Positions 26,755 to 36,352 of a DNA stretch of 64,000 nucleotides are shown one piece after another. The stretch spans positions 59 to 64,058 of the forward strand of contig JBILMW010000002.1 of the NCBI GenBank assembly GCA_044375335.1, in the 5' to 3' direction. The first letter of the stretch is position 1, and each line of letters opens with the position of its first letter. The stretch comes from Terrimicrobiaceae bacterium (GTDB lineage Bacteria; Verrucomicrobiota; Verrucomicrobiia; Chthoniobacterales; Terrimicrobiaceae). The position numbers and the translations under genes are program-made. Below the pieces are notes generated by a model. That model made no database searches and had not been told where the DNA came from. It saw only the letters and a list, made by a program, of their open reading frames with translations.

Positions 26755-28179
26755 TTATTGGTCTTCGTAGAAACCGAAGTAGCGACGGGCGTTGTGGTAG
26801 CTGATGTCCTCCACCATTTTTCCGACGAGTGAAAAATCGTTGGGCAGGCGTCCGCGCTCGATGTCGTCGCCGAGGATGTTGCAGAGCAACCGGCGGAAGT
26901 ATTCGTGGCGCGTGTAAGAGAGGAAGGAGCGGCTGTCGGTGAGCATCCCGACGAATTGGCTGAGGAGACCGAGTTGGGAGAGGCTTTCGATCTGGCGCGT
27001 CATGCCGTCGAGTTGATCGAGGAACCACCATCCGCTGCCGAACTGGATTTTGCCTGCTGTGATGCCATCCTGGAAGTTCCCGAGCATCGTGGCGACGAGT
27101 TCGTTGTCGCGGGGGTTGAGGTTGTAGATGATCGTCTTGGGCAGGCTGCCCGCGAGGTCAAGTCGGTCGAGGTGTTTGGCCAAAGCAGCGGCCACGGGCA
27201 GATCGCCGATGGAATCGAATCCACAATCCGCGCCGAGCATTTTTTTCATGCGCGTGTTGTTATTTCGAATGGCTCCGTAGTGGATCTGCATCGTCCATCC
27301 TTTTGCCGCATCCATCACGGCGAGTTCGTGGAGAAGGTAGGATTTGTAACGCAGCGCCTCATCCGGCGTCACGGCGCCGCCTGCCCGCGCCTTGGCGAAG
27401 ATCGAGGCTGCTTCGCTCTCTGTGCAATCCTCGGCCCAGACAGTGTCGACGCCACGGTCGGAAAGACGGCATCCACGGGAGGCGAAGAAATCATGCCGGT
27501 TTTGCAGGGCCTTCATGAGATCGGATAGCGTGCTGATGTTCATTCCCGACGCTTTTTCCAGCGCTTCAAGCCAAGTGGTGAAGGCGGCGGGTTGATCAAT
27601 AATGAGCGCTTTGTCGGGACGCCAGGTCGGGCGCACTTGGATATCAAACGACGCATCGGCGGCGATGGCGGCATGGTGTTCGAGCGAATCCACCGGATCA
27701 TCGGTCGTGCAGACGACCTCGACCTTGGATTTTTTCATCAGGCCCCGGCAGGAGAAATCCGACTGCGCGAGAAGCGAGTTACAGTGGTCGTAGATGTCGC
27801 GTGCGGTTTCGGGATTGAGCAGGCGGTCACTGACTCCAAAGTAGCGCGCGAGTTCGATATGCGACCAATGGTAGAGCGGATTGCGCAGCAATTTCGGCAT
27901 GGTGGCGGCGTATTGCTCGAACTTTTCCCAAGGCGTCGCATCACCAGTGCAGAAGCGCTCGTTGACTCCCGCCGTGCGCATCGCCCGCCATTTGTAGTGG
28001 TCGCCGCCAAGCCAGAGCGTGGCCATGTTGTCCCAGCGAATATCGTCCGCAATCTCCTTGGGCGGAAGATGGCAATGATAGTCGATAATCGGCAGATCGG
28101 CCGCGTGGCGGTGGTAAAGCTCTCGCGCGGCTGGTGAGTCGAGAAGGAAGTCTTCGTGGATGAACGGGCGTGATTTCAT
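26755..28179 (-). CDS. uxaC: glucuronate isomerase
   Basis: MKSRPFIHEDFLLDSPAARELYHRHAADLPIIDYHCHLPPKEI and overall length (474 aa) are classic for UxaC. Confidence 0.9.
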   Translation of the reverse strand: MKSRPFIHEDFLLDSPAARELYHRHAADLPIIDYHCHLPPKEIADDIRWDNMATLWLGGDHYKWRAMRTAGVNERFCTGDATPWEKFEQYAATMPKLLRNPLYHWSHIELARYFGVSDRLLNPETARDIYDHCNSLLAQSDFSCRGLMKKSKVEVVCTTDDPVDSLEHHAAIAADASFDIQVRPTWRPDKALIIDQPAAFTTWLEALEKASGMNISTLSDLMKALQNRHDFFASRGCRLSDRGVDTVWAEDCTESEAASIFAKARAGGAVTPDEALRYKSYLLHELAVMDAAKGWTMQIHYGAIRNNNTRMKKMLGADCGFDSIGDLPVAAALAKHLDRLDLAGSLPKTIIYNLNPRDNELVATMLGNFQDGITAGKIQFGSGWWFLDQLDGMTRQIESLSQLGLLSQFVGMLTDSRSFLSYTRHEYFRRLLCNILGDDIERGRLPNDFSLVGKMVEDISYHNARRYFGFYEDQ

Positions 28180-28185
28180 AACAGA

Positions 28186-29433
28186 TCAGCAAAACAGCGG
28201 CTCGATGTGCTTCTTGAGCAGGTTGTCGCGAACCCTGCGTCCGACGATACCGCGGTTGGTCTTCAAGGCATCGGTGTAGCGCGCACCCATGCCGGCGGCA
28301 ACTTTGAACGCGACATGGATGAACTGCCGGAACTGAAGATTGTATTTCGGGCAAGCGGCATCGTGGTTGAGCGCTTCGACAAAGTCCTGTGAAGTCCAAC
28401 TGCGGACCGTTTCGATCGATGGCAGCTTCGGAATTTCAATGTCCACAACAGGCGCATATGGCTTGATGAGTTCTTCGGCCTGCGGAAGTGCGGCGGCGTA
28501 GATGTCCTTCGCGATTTCCAATCCCTCGCCTCCGGATTCCGCCAAACCTGCCACCTCTTCAAGCCAGGTCGTGCCGGCGGTTTTCAGATGAAGCCCCGCG
28601 TTGTGACGCGCAACCAGACGGCGAATGATCGGGTAGAGCGAGAATTTGTCGCTACCGGAGTGGACGCTGATTTTGAGCGTGTCGGGCAAACCGAATTCAC
28701 GCACCGCATAGGCCAGCACGGCCAGATCGGCATCGAACTCGCGCTCGAAGGCCGCGATGTCGCCGACATAGTCCACACCCTTGTTGAAGCGTCCGGTGAA
28801 CTTCGGCGCGATGGTTTGAGCGGGAATTCCTTCGTCGGCGATCATGGCCAGAATGATCAACAACTCTGCGGGAGTCTGCGGCGTGTCGGTTTCATCCACA
28901 GAGACCTCCACGGCAAAAGAGTCCGCCGGTTTCGCAGCGGCGATATGACGGTAGATGCGGCCTGCCTCCTGCATGGCCCAGAGGAATTTTCCCGCCGTGC
29001 GCTCTAGATCGGCGCGGGTGATTTCCAGTGGCGCATCAAGCAAGGGGAGACGATGCGAGCCAACCAAACCGGCGCGCTTTTCGAGAAACGCCGCCAGGCT
29101 CTCAAGGCTTGCGGGTTTGCCGGAATAATCCGCCACATCGAGGGTGAAAAAATCACTCGCCGCGAGGAATCCATCCACCGTGTGCAGGTTGATGTGATCG
29201 GCATCCACAAAGTAAGGCGCGGTCCAATTCAATGCCTTCACGGCGGCATCCGCTTCGGCGCGGAGACCCTCGGGTTTTGTGCCAATGAGGGTGTGCTCAC
29301 GATTCGACTTGTTCCAAACTGGGTGCAGCGGCACGCCGCGTTCTGCAGCGGATTGGACGGCGGAAAGCTGGGCCTCGCCTTGATGGGCAAAACGGTCACC
29401 CATGCCGATGGTGAATCTCGGGAGTTTTTTCAT
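28186..29433 (-). CDS. uxaE: tagaturonate/fructuronate epimerase
   Basis: Blocks GMGDRF, FVDADH, EVSVDETDTPQTP, KGVDYVGDIAAFEREF, SVHSGSDKFSLYP and LHLKTAGTTWLE match my recollection of Thermotoga UxaE (TM0440 family). Start taken at MKKLPRF (29433). Confidence 0.8.
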   Translation of the reverse strand: MKKLPRFTIGMGDRFAHQGEAQLSAVQSAAERGVPLHPVWNKSNREHTLIGTKPEGLRAEADAAVKALNWTAPYFVDADHINLHTVDGFLAASDFFTLDVADYSGKPASLESLAAFLEKRAGLVGSHRLPLLDAPLEITRADLERTAGKFLWAMQEAGRIYRHIAAAKPADSFAVEVSVDETDTPQTPAELLIILAMIADEGIPAQTIAPKFTGRFNKGVDYVGDIAAFEREFDADLAVLAYAVREFGLPDTLKISVHSGSDKFSLYPIIRRLVARHNAGLHLKTAGTTWLEEVAGLAESGGEGLEIAKDIYAAALPQAEELIKPYAPVVDIEIPKLPSIETVRSWTSQDFVEALNHDAACPKYNLQFRQFIHVAFKVAAGMGARYTDALKTNRGIVGRRVRDNLLKKHIEPLFC

Positions 29434-29560
29434 AGTGGAGTTTTGAGAGTTGGGGACTTCGATAGGAATTGCAGAGAGCTTTATAATTCTCATTGCTTCA
29501 GCCCATCATAGAAACACAAAAGCGATAGCCATTCTCCTACGAGTGACATAAACTGCTACT

Positions 29561-30367
29561 GTGCCGAACCCCGTTTCCAAAGTGACCGTCCATCCCCCGC
29601 CTGGCCGTCCGAGTTGGGGCGGGCAAGGGAATCTCCCGCTCATCTACCTTGGCTGGGGGCGCCGGGATTTTGCGAAAAATCCCCTCCCCGTCCACTATGA
29701 CCGTGGCACAAACTACTTCATCCTCGTCAGCGGCGAGATTGTGCTATCCGTCGGCAACGAGCAAAAAGTCGTTCAGGGACCAAGCGCCATCCTGATCGAC
29801 TCCGACTGCCGCTTTGGCATCACGCAAAAACGGCGCGAGACGGTTAACATCCTCGTTTGGGTATGGAAGGATCGTCCCCAGCTCCCTGAACTCGAAATTA
29901 CCGAGGGCGCATCGCGCACACTCGACTTGCGCGACTCCTCACTCGATGCGCTCAAGGAACTGCACTCCCGCTGCCGCAAGGAGATTGCCGTCTCGGACAG
30001 CGCCCTGCCATTTACCCTCAACGCGCTGCGCCAACTCGTAGAAGTCGAAATCCTGCGAGCCACGCGCACGGCAGCCGCCACCGGCGACTTGCGGTGGGAG
30101 TTGGCCCACTCCTGGATGATGAACAACCTCTCCATCCACACGCCCGTGCCCGCCCTCTGCGACTACTTGGGAATGTCCCCCAGCGCCTTGCACCGCTTCT
30201 TCCGAAATAAGGCAGAACTCTCCCCCGGCGCCTATTTTAGAAAGCTCAAATGGCAAGAAGCCCGTCGACTCGTCCAAAAAGAAGGCTGGCAAGTCAAAGC
30301 CGCCGCCTACCACCTCGGATATCGGCATCCCAACGACCTCAGCAGAGCGTTGTTGGCGCATCGATGA
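29561..30367 (+). CDS. AraC-family transcriptional regulator
   Basis: C-terminal double HTH: LCDYLGMSPSALHRFFRNKAELSPGAYFRKLKWQEARRLV...AAAYHLGYRHPNDLSRAL. Divergent from uxaE-uxaC. GTG start. Confidence 0.8.
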   Translation: MPNPVSKVTVHPPPGRPSWGGQGNLPLIYLGWGRRDFAKNPLPVHYDRGTNYFILVSGEIVLSVGNEQKVVQGPSAILIDSDCRFGITQKRRETVNILVWVWKDRPQLPELEITEGASRTLDLRDSSLDALKELHSRCRKEIAVSDSALPFTLNALRQLVEVEILRATRTAAATGDLRWELAHSWMMNNLSIHTPVPALCDYLGMSPSALHRFFRNKAELSPGAYFRKLKWQEARRLVQKEGWQVKAAAYHLGYRHPNDLSRALLAHR

Positions 30368-30397
30368 GATTTCCGCGCGGTAGCGCGATTCGATAAC

Positions 30398-30550
30398 TGG
30401 GAGGGTTCATCGTCCTCGCATGACCCAAATTTCAGCCGCAAAGCGGCGTTTTTGTTTGCACGGCGTAATGGGAACGAGACGGTGCGATAACGAAGCGGTT
30501 CAGTCTTGGGTCAAGCCGGAGGTTGACCCTCCAAGGGGTTGCGCGAAGCG
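30398..30550. repeat. roughly 135-150-bp structured intergenic repeat, copy B
   Basis: Same element and same orientation as 26615..26750, with small indels. Confidence 0.85.
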
Positions 30551-30592
30551 GCGTCTTTAATTGTCGGGCGAGGTGTGATTGATTGTCAGGCG

Positions 30593-31282
30593 ATGAATTT
30601 ACCTTCTTCGCTGCGTTCTCCGATGGCTGCTTATGTGATGCCGTTTTTCGTTTTCATGGGTGGGTTGATGTTGGTGTCCCTCGTCAAAAATCCCGCTGCG
30701 GATTCGCTCTGGTTCCGGAGTCCGGAGTATTGGATTTATCCGCTCCAAACAGCCTTGTGCGCAGCGGCTCTCGTTTTTTATTGGCGGCAATATGACTTTG
30801 GAAAACGAGGCGGAACCTCGCTGGCTCTGGCTGCCGGCGTGGTGGTGCTCGGCCTCTGGATCGCTCCGCAAGCGTTTCTGGGAGCGGGGGCGCGAGTGGA
30901 TGGATTCGATCCCACCGTGTTCGGCGAGGGTTCGGCGCTTTACTGGATGACTGTCGCGGCACGCTTTGCACGATTGGTTGTTGTTGTTCCTTTGGTGGAG
31001 GAAATTTTCTGGCGCGGGTTTTTGATGCGTTACTTGATTCGGGAGGATTTCACCTCTCTGCCGATGGGAGCTTTTCAATGGAAATCCTTCGCTGCGGTGG
31101 CGGTGTGTTTCATGCTGGTGCACGGCATGGCGGATTGGCTTGCGGCGCTGCTTTGCGGGGTGATCTACAATTTCGTGGCGGTGCGGACGGGCAGTCTCGC
31201 GGCCTGCGTGCTCGCGCACGGGGTGACAAACCTCGGGCTGGGCGTTTACATTATGGCGACGCGGCAGTGGGGATTTTGGTAA
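30593..31282 (+). CDS. CPBP-family intramembrane glutamic protease (CAAX protease-like)
   Basis: Polytopic, with VEEIFWRGFLMRY (EExxxR) and a later LVHGMAD/LAHGVTN histidine motif. Start is ATG 30593. Confidence 0.75.
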   Translation: MNLPSSLRSPMAAYVMPFFVFMGGLMLVSLVKNPAADSLWFRSPEYWIYPLQTALCAAALVFYWRQYDFGKRGGTSLALAAGVVVLGLWIAPQAFLGAGARVDGFDPTVFGEGSALYWMTVAARFARLVVVVPLVEEIFWRGFLMRYLIREDFTSLPMGAFQWKSFAAVAVCFMLVHGMADWLAALLCGVIYNFVAVRTGSLAACVLAHGVTNLGLGVYIMATRQWGFW

Positions 31283-31286
31283 TTTT

Positions 31287-32909
31287 ATGAATATCGGACT
31301 GGCTCAGATTAATTCGACGGTGGGGGACTTGGCGGAAAATGCGCGCCGCATTGTGGAGGCTTGCCGCTCGCTGGAAGCGCGGGGAGCGGATGTCATTCTC
31401 ACGCCGGAATTGGTTCTCACAGGCTACCCGCCGCAGGATTTACTCTTCCAATCAAACTTTGTGCCGATGAGCCTACAGGCGCTCGATGAGATTCACCGCG
31501 AGGTCGGCTCGGCGGCATGGATCATCGGTTGCGTGCAAAAAAATCCCACGACCTCGGGACGACCTTTTTATAATGCGGCTGCGATTCTGGAGCGGGGCCG
31601 CGCCATTCGCTGGGTTTATAAGACACTTCTGCCGACCTACGATGTCTTCAACGAGAGCCGGTATTTCGAGCCTTGTGAAAATCCAACGCCTGTTGAAATC
31701 CATGGCCAACTTTTCGGCCTCACGATCTGCGAAGACATTTGGACACCGGACTTCCTACACCGCTCGTTGTATTCGAGTGATCCCGTAGGAACGCTTGTCG
31801 CCGCCGGAGCCAAGGCGATTTTGAATTTAAGCGCCTCGCCATTCCAACTCGGCAAGCCCTCGCAACGCGAAACCATGATCAAAAATCAGGCGCGTCGTCA
31901 TGGGGTTCCCTTTTACTACTGCAATGCTGTCGGAGGAAACGACGAACTGGTCTTTGACGGCCACTCGCTGGCCATCAGCGCGGAGGGAGAAGTCGAAACG
32001 CGGCTGCCAGGTTTCGAGGAAAGCGCGCGTCTTGTTTCGGAAGGCTATATTATTCCTCATTCGAATCGCCTTGAGGACTTGCGTCGCGCGTTGGTGTTGG
32101 GTGTGCGCGACTATGCCAGAAAGTGTGGTTTTCGCTCGGCGGTGTTGGGCTTGAGTGGCGGCATCGACAGCGCTGTTGTCGCCTGCCTCGCCGTCGAAGC
32201 GCTTGGTGCAGACAAAGTGACAGGTGTCGCGATGCCCTCCCCTTTTTCCTCATCGCATAGTGTGGAGGACGCTCTCTCTCTGGCCAAAAACCTCGACATC
32301 AAATGTCTCACGATACCCATTGGCGAAAGTTTCGAGGTTTTTAAAAAACAAATGCGTCCAGTCTTTGATTATCTGCCAGAGGATGCCACGGAAGAAAACA
32401 TGCAAGCGCGCTTGCGTGGTCTCATGCTCATGTCGCTTTCGAATAAATTCGGCCACCTCCTGCTCACGACCGGCAACAAAAGTGAACTCGCTGTAGGATA
32501 TTGCACGCTCTACGGCGATATGGCCGGTGGACTTGCAGCGATCTCGGATGTGCCAAAAACCCTCGTTTACGAGCTGGCGGAACATTTGAACCGCGACCGG
32601 GAAATCATCCCCCGCCGCACTATCGATAAACCACCCAGCGCGGAGCTCCGCCCTGATCAAACAGATCAAGACACCCTCCCGCCTTACGATGTCCTCGATG
32701 GCATTCTCAAATTATATGTGGAGGAAAACTTGGGCGCTGATGAGATTGTGTCAGCAGGTTTCGATGCCGAAACCGTCCGCTGGGTGACTCGCAAGGTGGA
32801 TTTTAACGAATACAAACGCGAACAAGCCGCTCCGGGACTCAAGATGACGAGTCGTGCTTTTGGCATGGGACGACGCATGCCAATCGCGCAGAAATTTTTG
32901 ACCAAATGA
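31287..32909 (+). CDS. nadE: glutamine-dependent NAD+ synthetase
   Basis: 540 aa. N-terminal nitrilase-like domain (LTICEDIW) plus C-terminal NAD synthetase domain (GLSGGIDSAV and TTGNKSELAVGYCTLYGDM). Confidence 0.9.
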   Translation: MNIGLAQINSTVGDLAENARRIVEACRSLEARGADVILTPELVLTGYPPQDLLFQSNFVPMSLQALDEIHREVGSAAWIIGCVQKNPTTSGRPFYNAAAILERGRAIRWVYKTLLPTYDVFNESRYFEPCENPTPVEIHGQLFGLTICEDIWTPDFLHRSLYSSDPVGTLVAAGAKAILNLSASPFQLGKPSQRETMIKNQARRHGVPFYYCNAVGGNDELVFDGHSLAISAEGEVETRLPGFEESARLVSEGYIIPHSNRLEDLRRALVLGVRDYARKCGFRSAVLGLSGGIDSAVVACLAVEALGADKVTGVAMPSPFSSSHSVEDALSLAKNLDIKCLTIPIGESFEVFKKQMRPVFDYLPEDATEENMQARLRGLMLMSLSNKFGHLLLTTGNKSELAVGYCTLYGDMAGGLAAISDVPKTLVYELAEHLNRDREIIPRRTIDKPPSAELRPDQTDQDTLPPYDVLDGILKLYVEENLGADEIVSAGFDAETVRWVTRKVDFNEYKREQAAPGLKMTSRAFGMGRRMPIAQKFLTK

Positions 32910-33259
32910 GCGGCTCCAAGGCTTTGTTAAAGATGTCAACAGCCTGTGAACAACTTATGAATCCCTGCCAGCAAGATCGAACAACTGACGGAAAAAACCG
33001 AGTTTTTCAGAGTCGCTCTTTTTCATTCACAGGTTTTACACAGGCTCAAAAATGCGTGGAACGCGCACTGGGAGCGTGAAGAACAAACTTCTCCCCGCTT
33101 GTTCACACCAATAAGAAGAAGAGTATTTCTAAAAAATCATTTCTTCTTTATTAGAAGATGTGAACAACCTCCCATTTTCGCGAGGCTTCTGGACAGGCGA
33201 TCTCGCTTTGCAGGGAATATTCGACCTGTTAGAAACACGACTCGTTTATCATAACCACC

Positions 33260-34237
33260 ATGTCTCAAGGTCCTGTTTCGCAATTCATCGATCTCCACTA
33301 TCGCCATTTCAACGCCGCCGCACTCAAGGATGCTGCTGAAGCCTACACCCGTCACTTGGACCAGGGCGGAATCATGCTCATGACGCTTGCCGGTGCCATG
33401 AGCACGGCCGAGTTGGGAATTTCCCTTGCGGAGATGATTCGTCAGGGAAAAGTTCATGGCATCGTTTGCACGGGAGCGAACCTGGAGGAGGACATCTTCA
33501 ATCTGGTGGCGCATGATTTTTACGAGCGCATTCCGAACTATCGCGATTTAACTCCAGCTGATGAACAGGCGCTGCTCGCCCGCCACATGAATCGCGTCAC
33601 GGATACCTGCATTCCTGAAATGGAAGCCATGCGCCGTATTGAGGATGTGATTCTCAAGGAGTGGATGGCCGCCGATGCCAAAGGAGAGCGTCTTTTCCCG
33701 CATGAGTTCTTCTGGCGGATTCTTGATTCGCCCGATCTTCAAAAGAGCTTTCAGATCGATCCCAAGAACAGCTGGATGATCGCAGCCAAGGAGAAAAACC
33801 TCCCCATGTTCGTTCCTGGTTGGGAGGATTCAACGCTCGGCAACATGTATGCCGGCCATTGCATCGAAGGGGATGTGAAAAATGTTCACACGGTCCGCTC
33901 TGGCATCGAATACATGATGTCGCTGGCTGAATGGTATGCGCCGACGAGCCACAAAACGCCCATCGGCTTCTTCCAAATCGGCGGCGGCATCGCAGGCGAT
34001 TTCCCGATTTGTGTGGTGCCGATGCTTCACCAGGACCTCCGCCGCACGGATGTGCCGCTCTGGGGTTATTTCTGCCAGATCAGCGATTCCACAACGAGTT
34101 ACGGAAGCTATTCTGGCGCTGTTCCCAACGAGAAAATCACATGGGGCAAACTCGGCGAAAAAACCCCGAAATTTATCATCGAATCAGATGCAACAATTGT
34201 TGCTCCACTAATTTTCGCTAAAATTCTTGGGTGGTAG
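33260..34237 (+). CDS. deoxyhypusine synthase-family protein (homospermidine synthase-like)
   Basis: 325 aa. LTLAGAMSTAELG, IVCTGANLEEDIF and FQIGGGIAGDFPI are typical of bacterial deoxyhypusine synthase homologues. Confidence 0.75.
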   Translation: MSQGPVSQFIDLHYRHFNAAALKDAAEAYTRHLDQGGIMLMTLAGAMSTAELGISLAEMIRQGKVHGIVCTGANLEEDIFNLVAHDFYERIPNYRDLTPADEQALLARHMNRVTDTCIPEMEAMRRIEDVILKEWMAADAKGERLFPHEFFWRILDSPDLQKSFQIDPKNSWMIAAKEKNLPMFVPGWEDSTLGNMYAGHCIEGDVKNVHTVRSGIEYMMSLAEWYAPTSHKTPIGFFQIGGGIAGDFPICVVPMLHQDLRRTDVPLWGYFCQISDSTTSYGSYSGAVPNEKITWGKLGEKTPKFIIESDATIVAPLIFAKILGW

Positions 34238-34478
34238 CGCAGAGGGAGATTAACCACAACCGAGCACCGTGGCAGACGGGAGGTAGAGCAAATGAAGGGT
34301 GGCCCCCAAGGGGCGAGACGAGCGGGAGCGAGCGAGTCAAAGAACACAGAGAAAAACCTAGGGTCGGCTTGCCGCGCTTTGCGGGCAGGAGTCACGCTAC
34401 AAGCAAGCAGGGATAGGTCACTAGGGAATTTAGGAATACTGTCTTGTCTCTCCACGATGTTCGTGCTATTCTCACAAC

Positions 34479-34703
34479 ATGACACTCACGGAACTTCCTC
34501 AGGTTCAAGCGCTGTCGGCGCGCGCGAAGTTGGAATTGGTTGACGAGATATGGAGAAGCCTATCTATCAGTCCAGATTATTTGGAAGTAACTCAAGAAGA
34601 AAAAGATATATTGGATAGTCGCTGGGAGGAGTTTCTTAGTAACCCTACCTCTGCACTCTCAATTGATGTATTCAAAAGCAAAATCCATGCGATTCGCGCA
34701 TGA
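34479..34703 (+). CDS. addiction-module antitoxin component
   Basis: 74 aa. LSARAKLELVDEIWRSL...LDSRWEEF is typical of the short antitoxin family paired with ParE/RelE toxins. Its stop overlaps the toxin start (ATGA). Confidence 0.7.
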   Translation: MTLTELPQVQALSARAKLELVDEIWRSLSISPDYLEVTQEEKDILDSRWEEFLSNPTSALSIDVFKSKIHAIRA

Positions 34704-35008
34704 GGGAGATTCGGATTCTTCCTGCGGTATTGCAGGATGTTGCGGAGGCTGCAGCATGGTATGACGAGCAGAAGTATCCGGGTCTCGGGGATCGTTTTCT
34801 CGATACCTTTTATGCGTCGCTTTCGCACATTCAGCAAGACGGAGAGATTTACTGTGCCGCCTATCAAGACTTCCGCAAGATACTGATCCGTCCTTTTCCA
34901 TACTCAGTTTACTATCGCCTTCACTCCAACATATGGATTGTTACCCTTGTTATGCATGCTGCGAGAAAACCTTCTACGGCACGGGCGCTTTTACGGGGCA
35001 GAAAATAG
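34700..35008 (+). CDS. type II toxin-antitoxin system RelE/ParE-family toxin
   Basis: 102 aa. ILPAVLQDVAEAAAWYDEQ..GLGDRFL and FPYSVYYRL...IWIVTLVMHAARKP. Confidence 0.75.
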   Translation: MREIRILPAVLQDVAEAAAWYDEQKYPGLGDRFLDTFYASLSHIQQDGEIYCAAYQDFRKILIRPFPYSVYYRLHSNIWIVTLVMHAARKPSTARALLRGRK

Positions 35009-35194
35009 CCAGAACAGGCCGGTTGACTTGATCTATTCGTGCAGTATTGGCTCGCGTCATGCCTCCAGCATGCGCTTCGCGAAAGTGTTAAGCGACACCA
35101 ACGAGGCTCAGCGCATAAACAACGGTGTCTGCAAAAAAGAATTCCAGACCGAAAAAACTTCAAACTTAACACCTAAAACTTAAAACTCCTCTCC

Positions 35195-36082
35195 ATGCAC
35201 ATCCTCGACATTCTCAAGCCCGGAAAACCAACCGTATCGTTCGAGTTTTTCCCACCGAAGACCGCCGAGGCTCAGCAAGCTCTATACGACACAATTCGTG
35301 AGCTGGAAAAAATCCACCCGAACTTCGTCAGCGTTACCTATGGAGCGGGCGGTTCGACCCGTGAACTCACGCACGATCTGGTTTTGCGTTTGAAGACCAC
35401 GACCGCGTTGGATCCTGTGCCACACTTGACTTGCGTGGGTCATACGCGCGAGGAGATCACTGCCATTCTCGAGCGCTATGCAGCCGCCGGCGTGAGCAAT
35501 ATCCTTGCTCTCCGAGGCGATCCACCGCGTGACAAGCCGGATTACAACCATTCGCAGGACACATTTCCGCAAGCAGTGGATCTGGTGCGTTTCGTCAAAA
35601 GTTTCAGCGGCCATCCCGATTCACGCGGTTTCGGCATCGGTGTGGCTGGTTTTCCAGAAGGCCACCCTGCCACGCCAAATCGCCTGTTGGAAATGGACTA
35701 CCTCAAGGCGAAGGTGGACGCCGGAGCGGATTACATCTGCACCCAACTTTTCTTCGATAACCACGACTTCTACGACTTTCGTGAGCGGTGCGCGCTGGCA
35801 GGCATTCATGTGCCGATCATTGCTGGCATCATGCCCGTGACCAGCCAGTCCTCGATGCGCCGAATGGCCGAACTCGCAGGCGGCGCCCGTTTTCCTGGGC
35901 GTCTTCTCAAGGCCTTGCAACGCGCTGGCGACTCAAGTGAGGCATTCCGCCAAATCGGCCTGCACTATGCCACCGAGCAATGCGCCGACCTTCTCGATCA
36001 AGGCGTTGCCGGCATCCATCTCTACACGCTCAACCAATCCACCGCCACGCGCGAAATCTGCCAGCGGCTTGGAATTCTTTAA
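35195..36082 (+). CDS. metF: 5,10-methylenetetrahydrofolate reductase
   Basis: SFEFFPPKT, VSVTYGAGGSTRE, HLTCVG, NILALRGDPP and TQLFFDN. Confidence 0.9.
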   Translation: MHILDILKPGKPTVSFEFFPPKTAEAQQALYDTIRELEKIHPNFVSVTYGAGGSTRELTHDLVLRLKTTTALDPVPHLTCVGHTREEITAILERYAAAGVSNILALRGDPPRDKPDYNHSQDTFPQAVDLVRFVKSFSGHPDSRGFGIGVAGFPEGHPATPNRLLEMDYLKAKVDAGADYICTQLFFDNHDFYDFRERCALAGIHVPIIAGIMPVTSQSSMRRMAELAGGARFPGRLLKALQRAGDSSEAFRQIGLHYATEQCADLLDQGVAGIHLYTLNQSTATREICQRLGIL

Positions 36083-36093
36083 TCCCTCCGCCA

Positions 36094-36348
36094 ATGGCTG
36101 AAACTCCGGACGCCATCGCAAAAAAAGAGGCCAAGCTCTTTGAAATTCTCTCTTCCGAAATTCTGGAGATTCCCCCGGAATTCCAGATCACAGACGACCT
36201 CTTCGATGCCGGGCTCGATTCGATGTCGATCATGCGACTCCTCATTCATATTGAAGGAGCTTTCGGATGCCGGATTCCGGTGAACCAGGTGAGCCGCGAG
36301 AATTTTTCCACAGTGGCCAAAATTGCCTCGCTCATTCCCGTTGAGTAA
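36094..36348 (+). CDS. acyl/aryl carrier protein (stand-alone, DltC/ACP-like)
   Basis: 84 aa with the phosphopantetheine attachment motif DAGLDSMSIMRL. Start is ATG 36094, 12 nt after the metF stop. Confidence 0.7.
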   Translation: MAETPDAIAKKEAKLFEILSSEILEIPPEFQITDDLFDAGLDSMSIMRLLIHIEGAFGCRIPVNQVSRENFSTVAKIASLIPVE

Positions 36349-36352
36349 TTCC

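Noticed and set aside
35060-35135. Possible SAH/SAM-type riboswitch upstream of metF. Candidate pairings are GACACC...GGTGTC and GCGCT...AGCGC, with a GAGGCTCAGCGC....CAACGG string vaguely like SAH-riboswitch conserved blocks
   Set aside because: The resemblance to the consensus as I remember it is partial (no GAGGAGCGC block), and no expression platform is obvious. It would need Rfam cmscan (RF01057, RF00521, RF01727) to revive; a significant hit would overturn this rejection.
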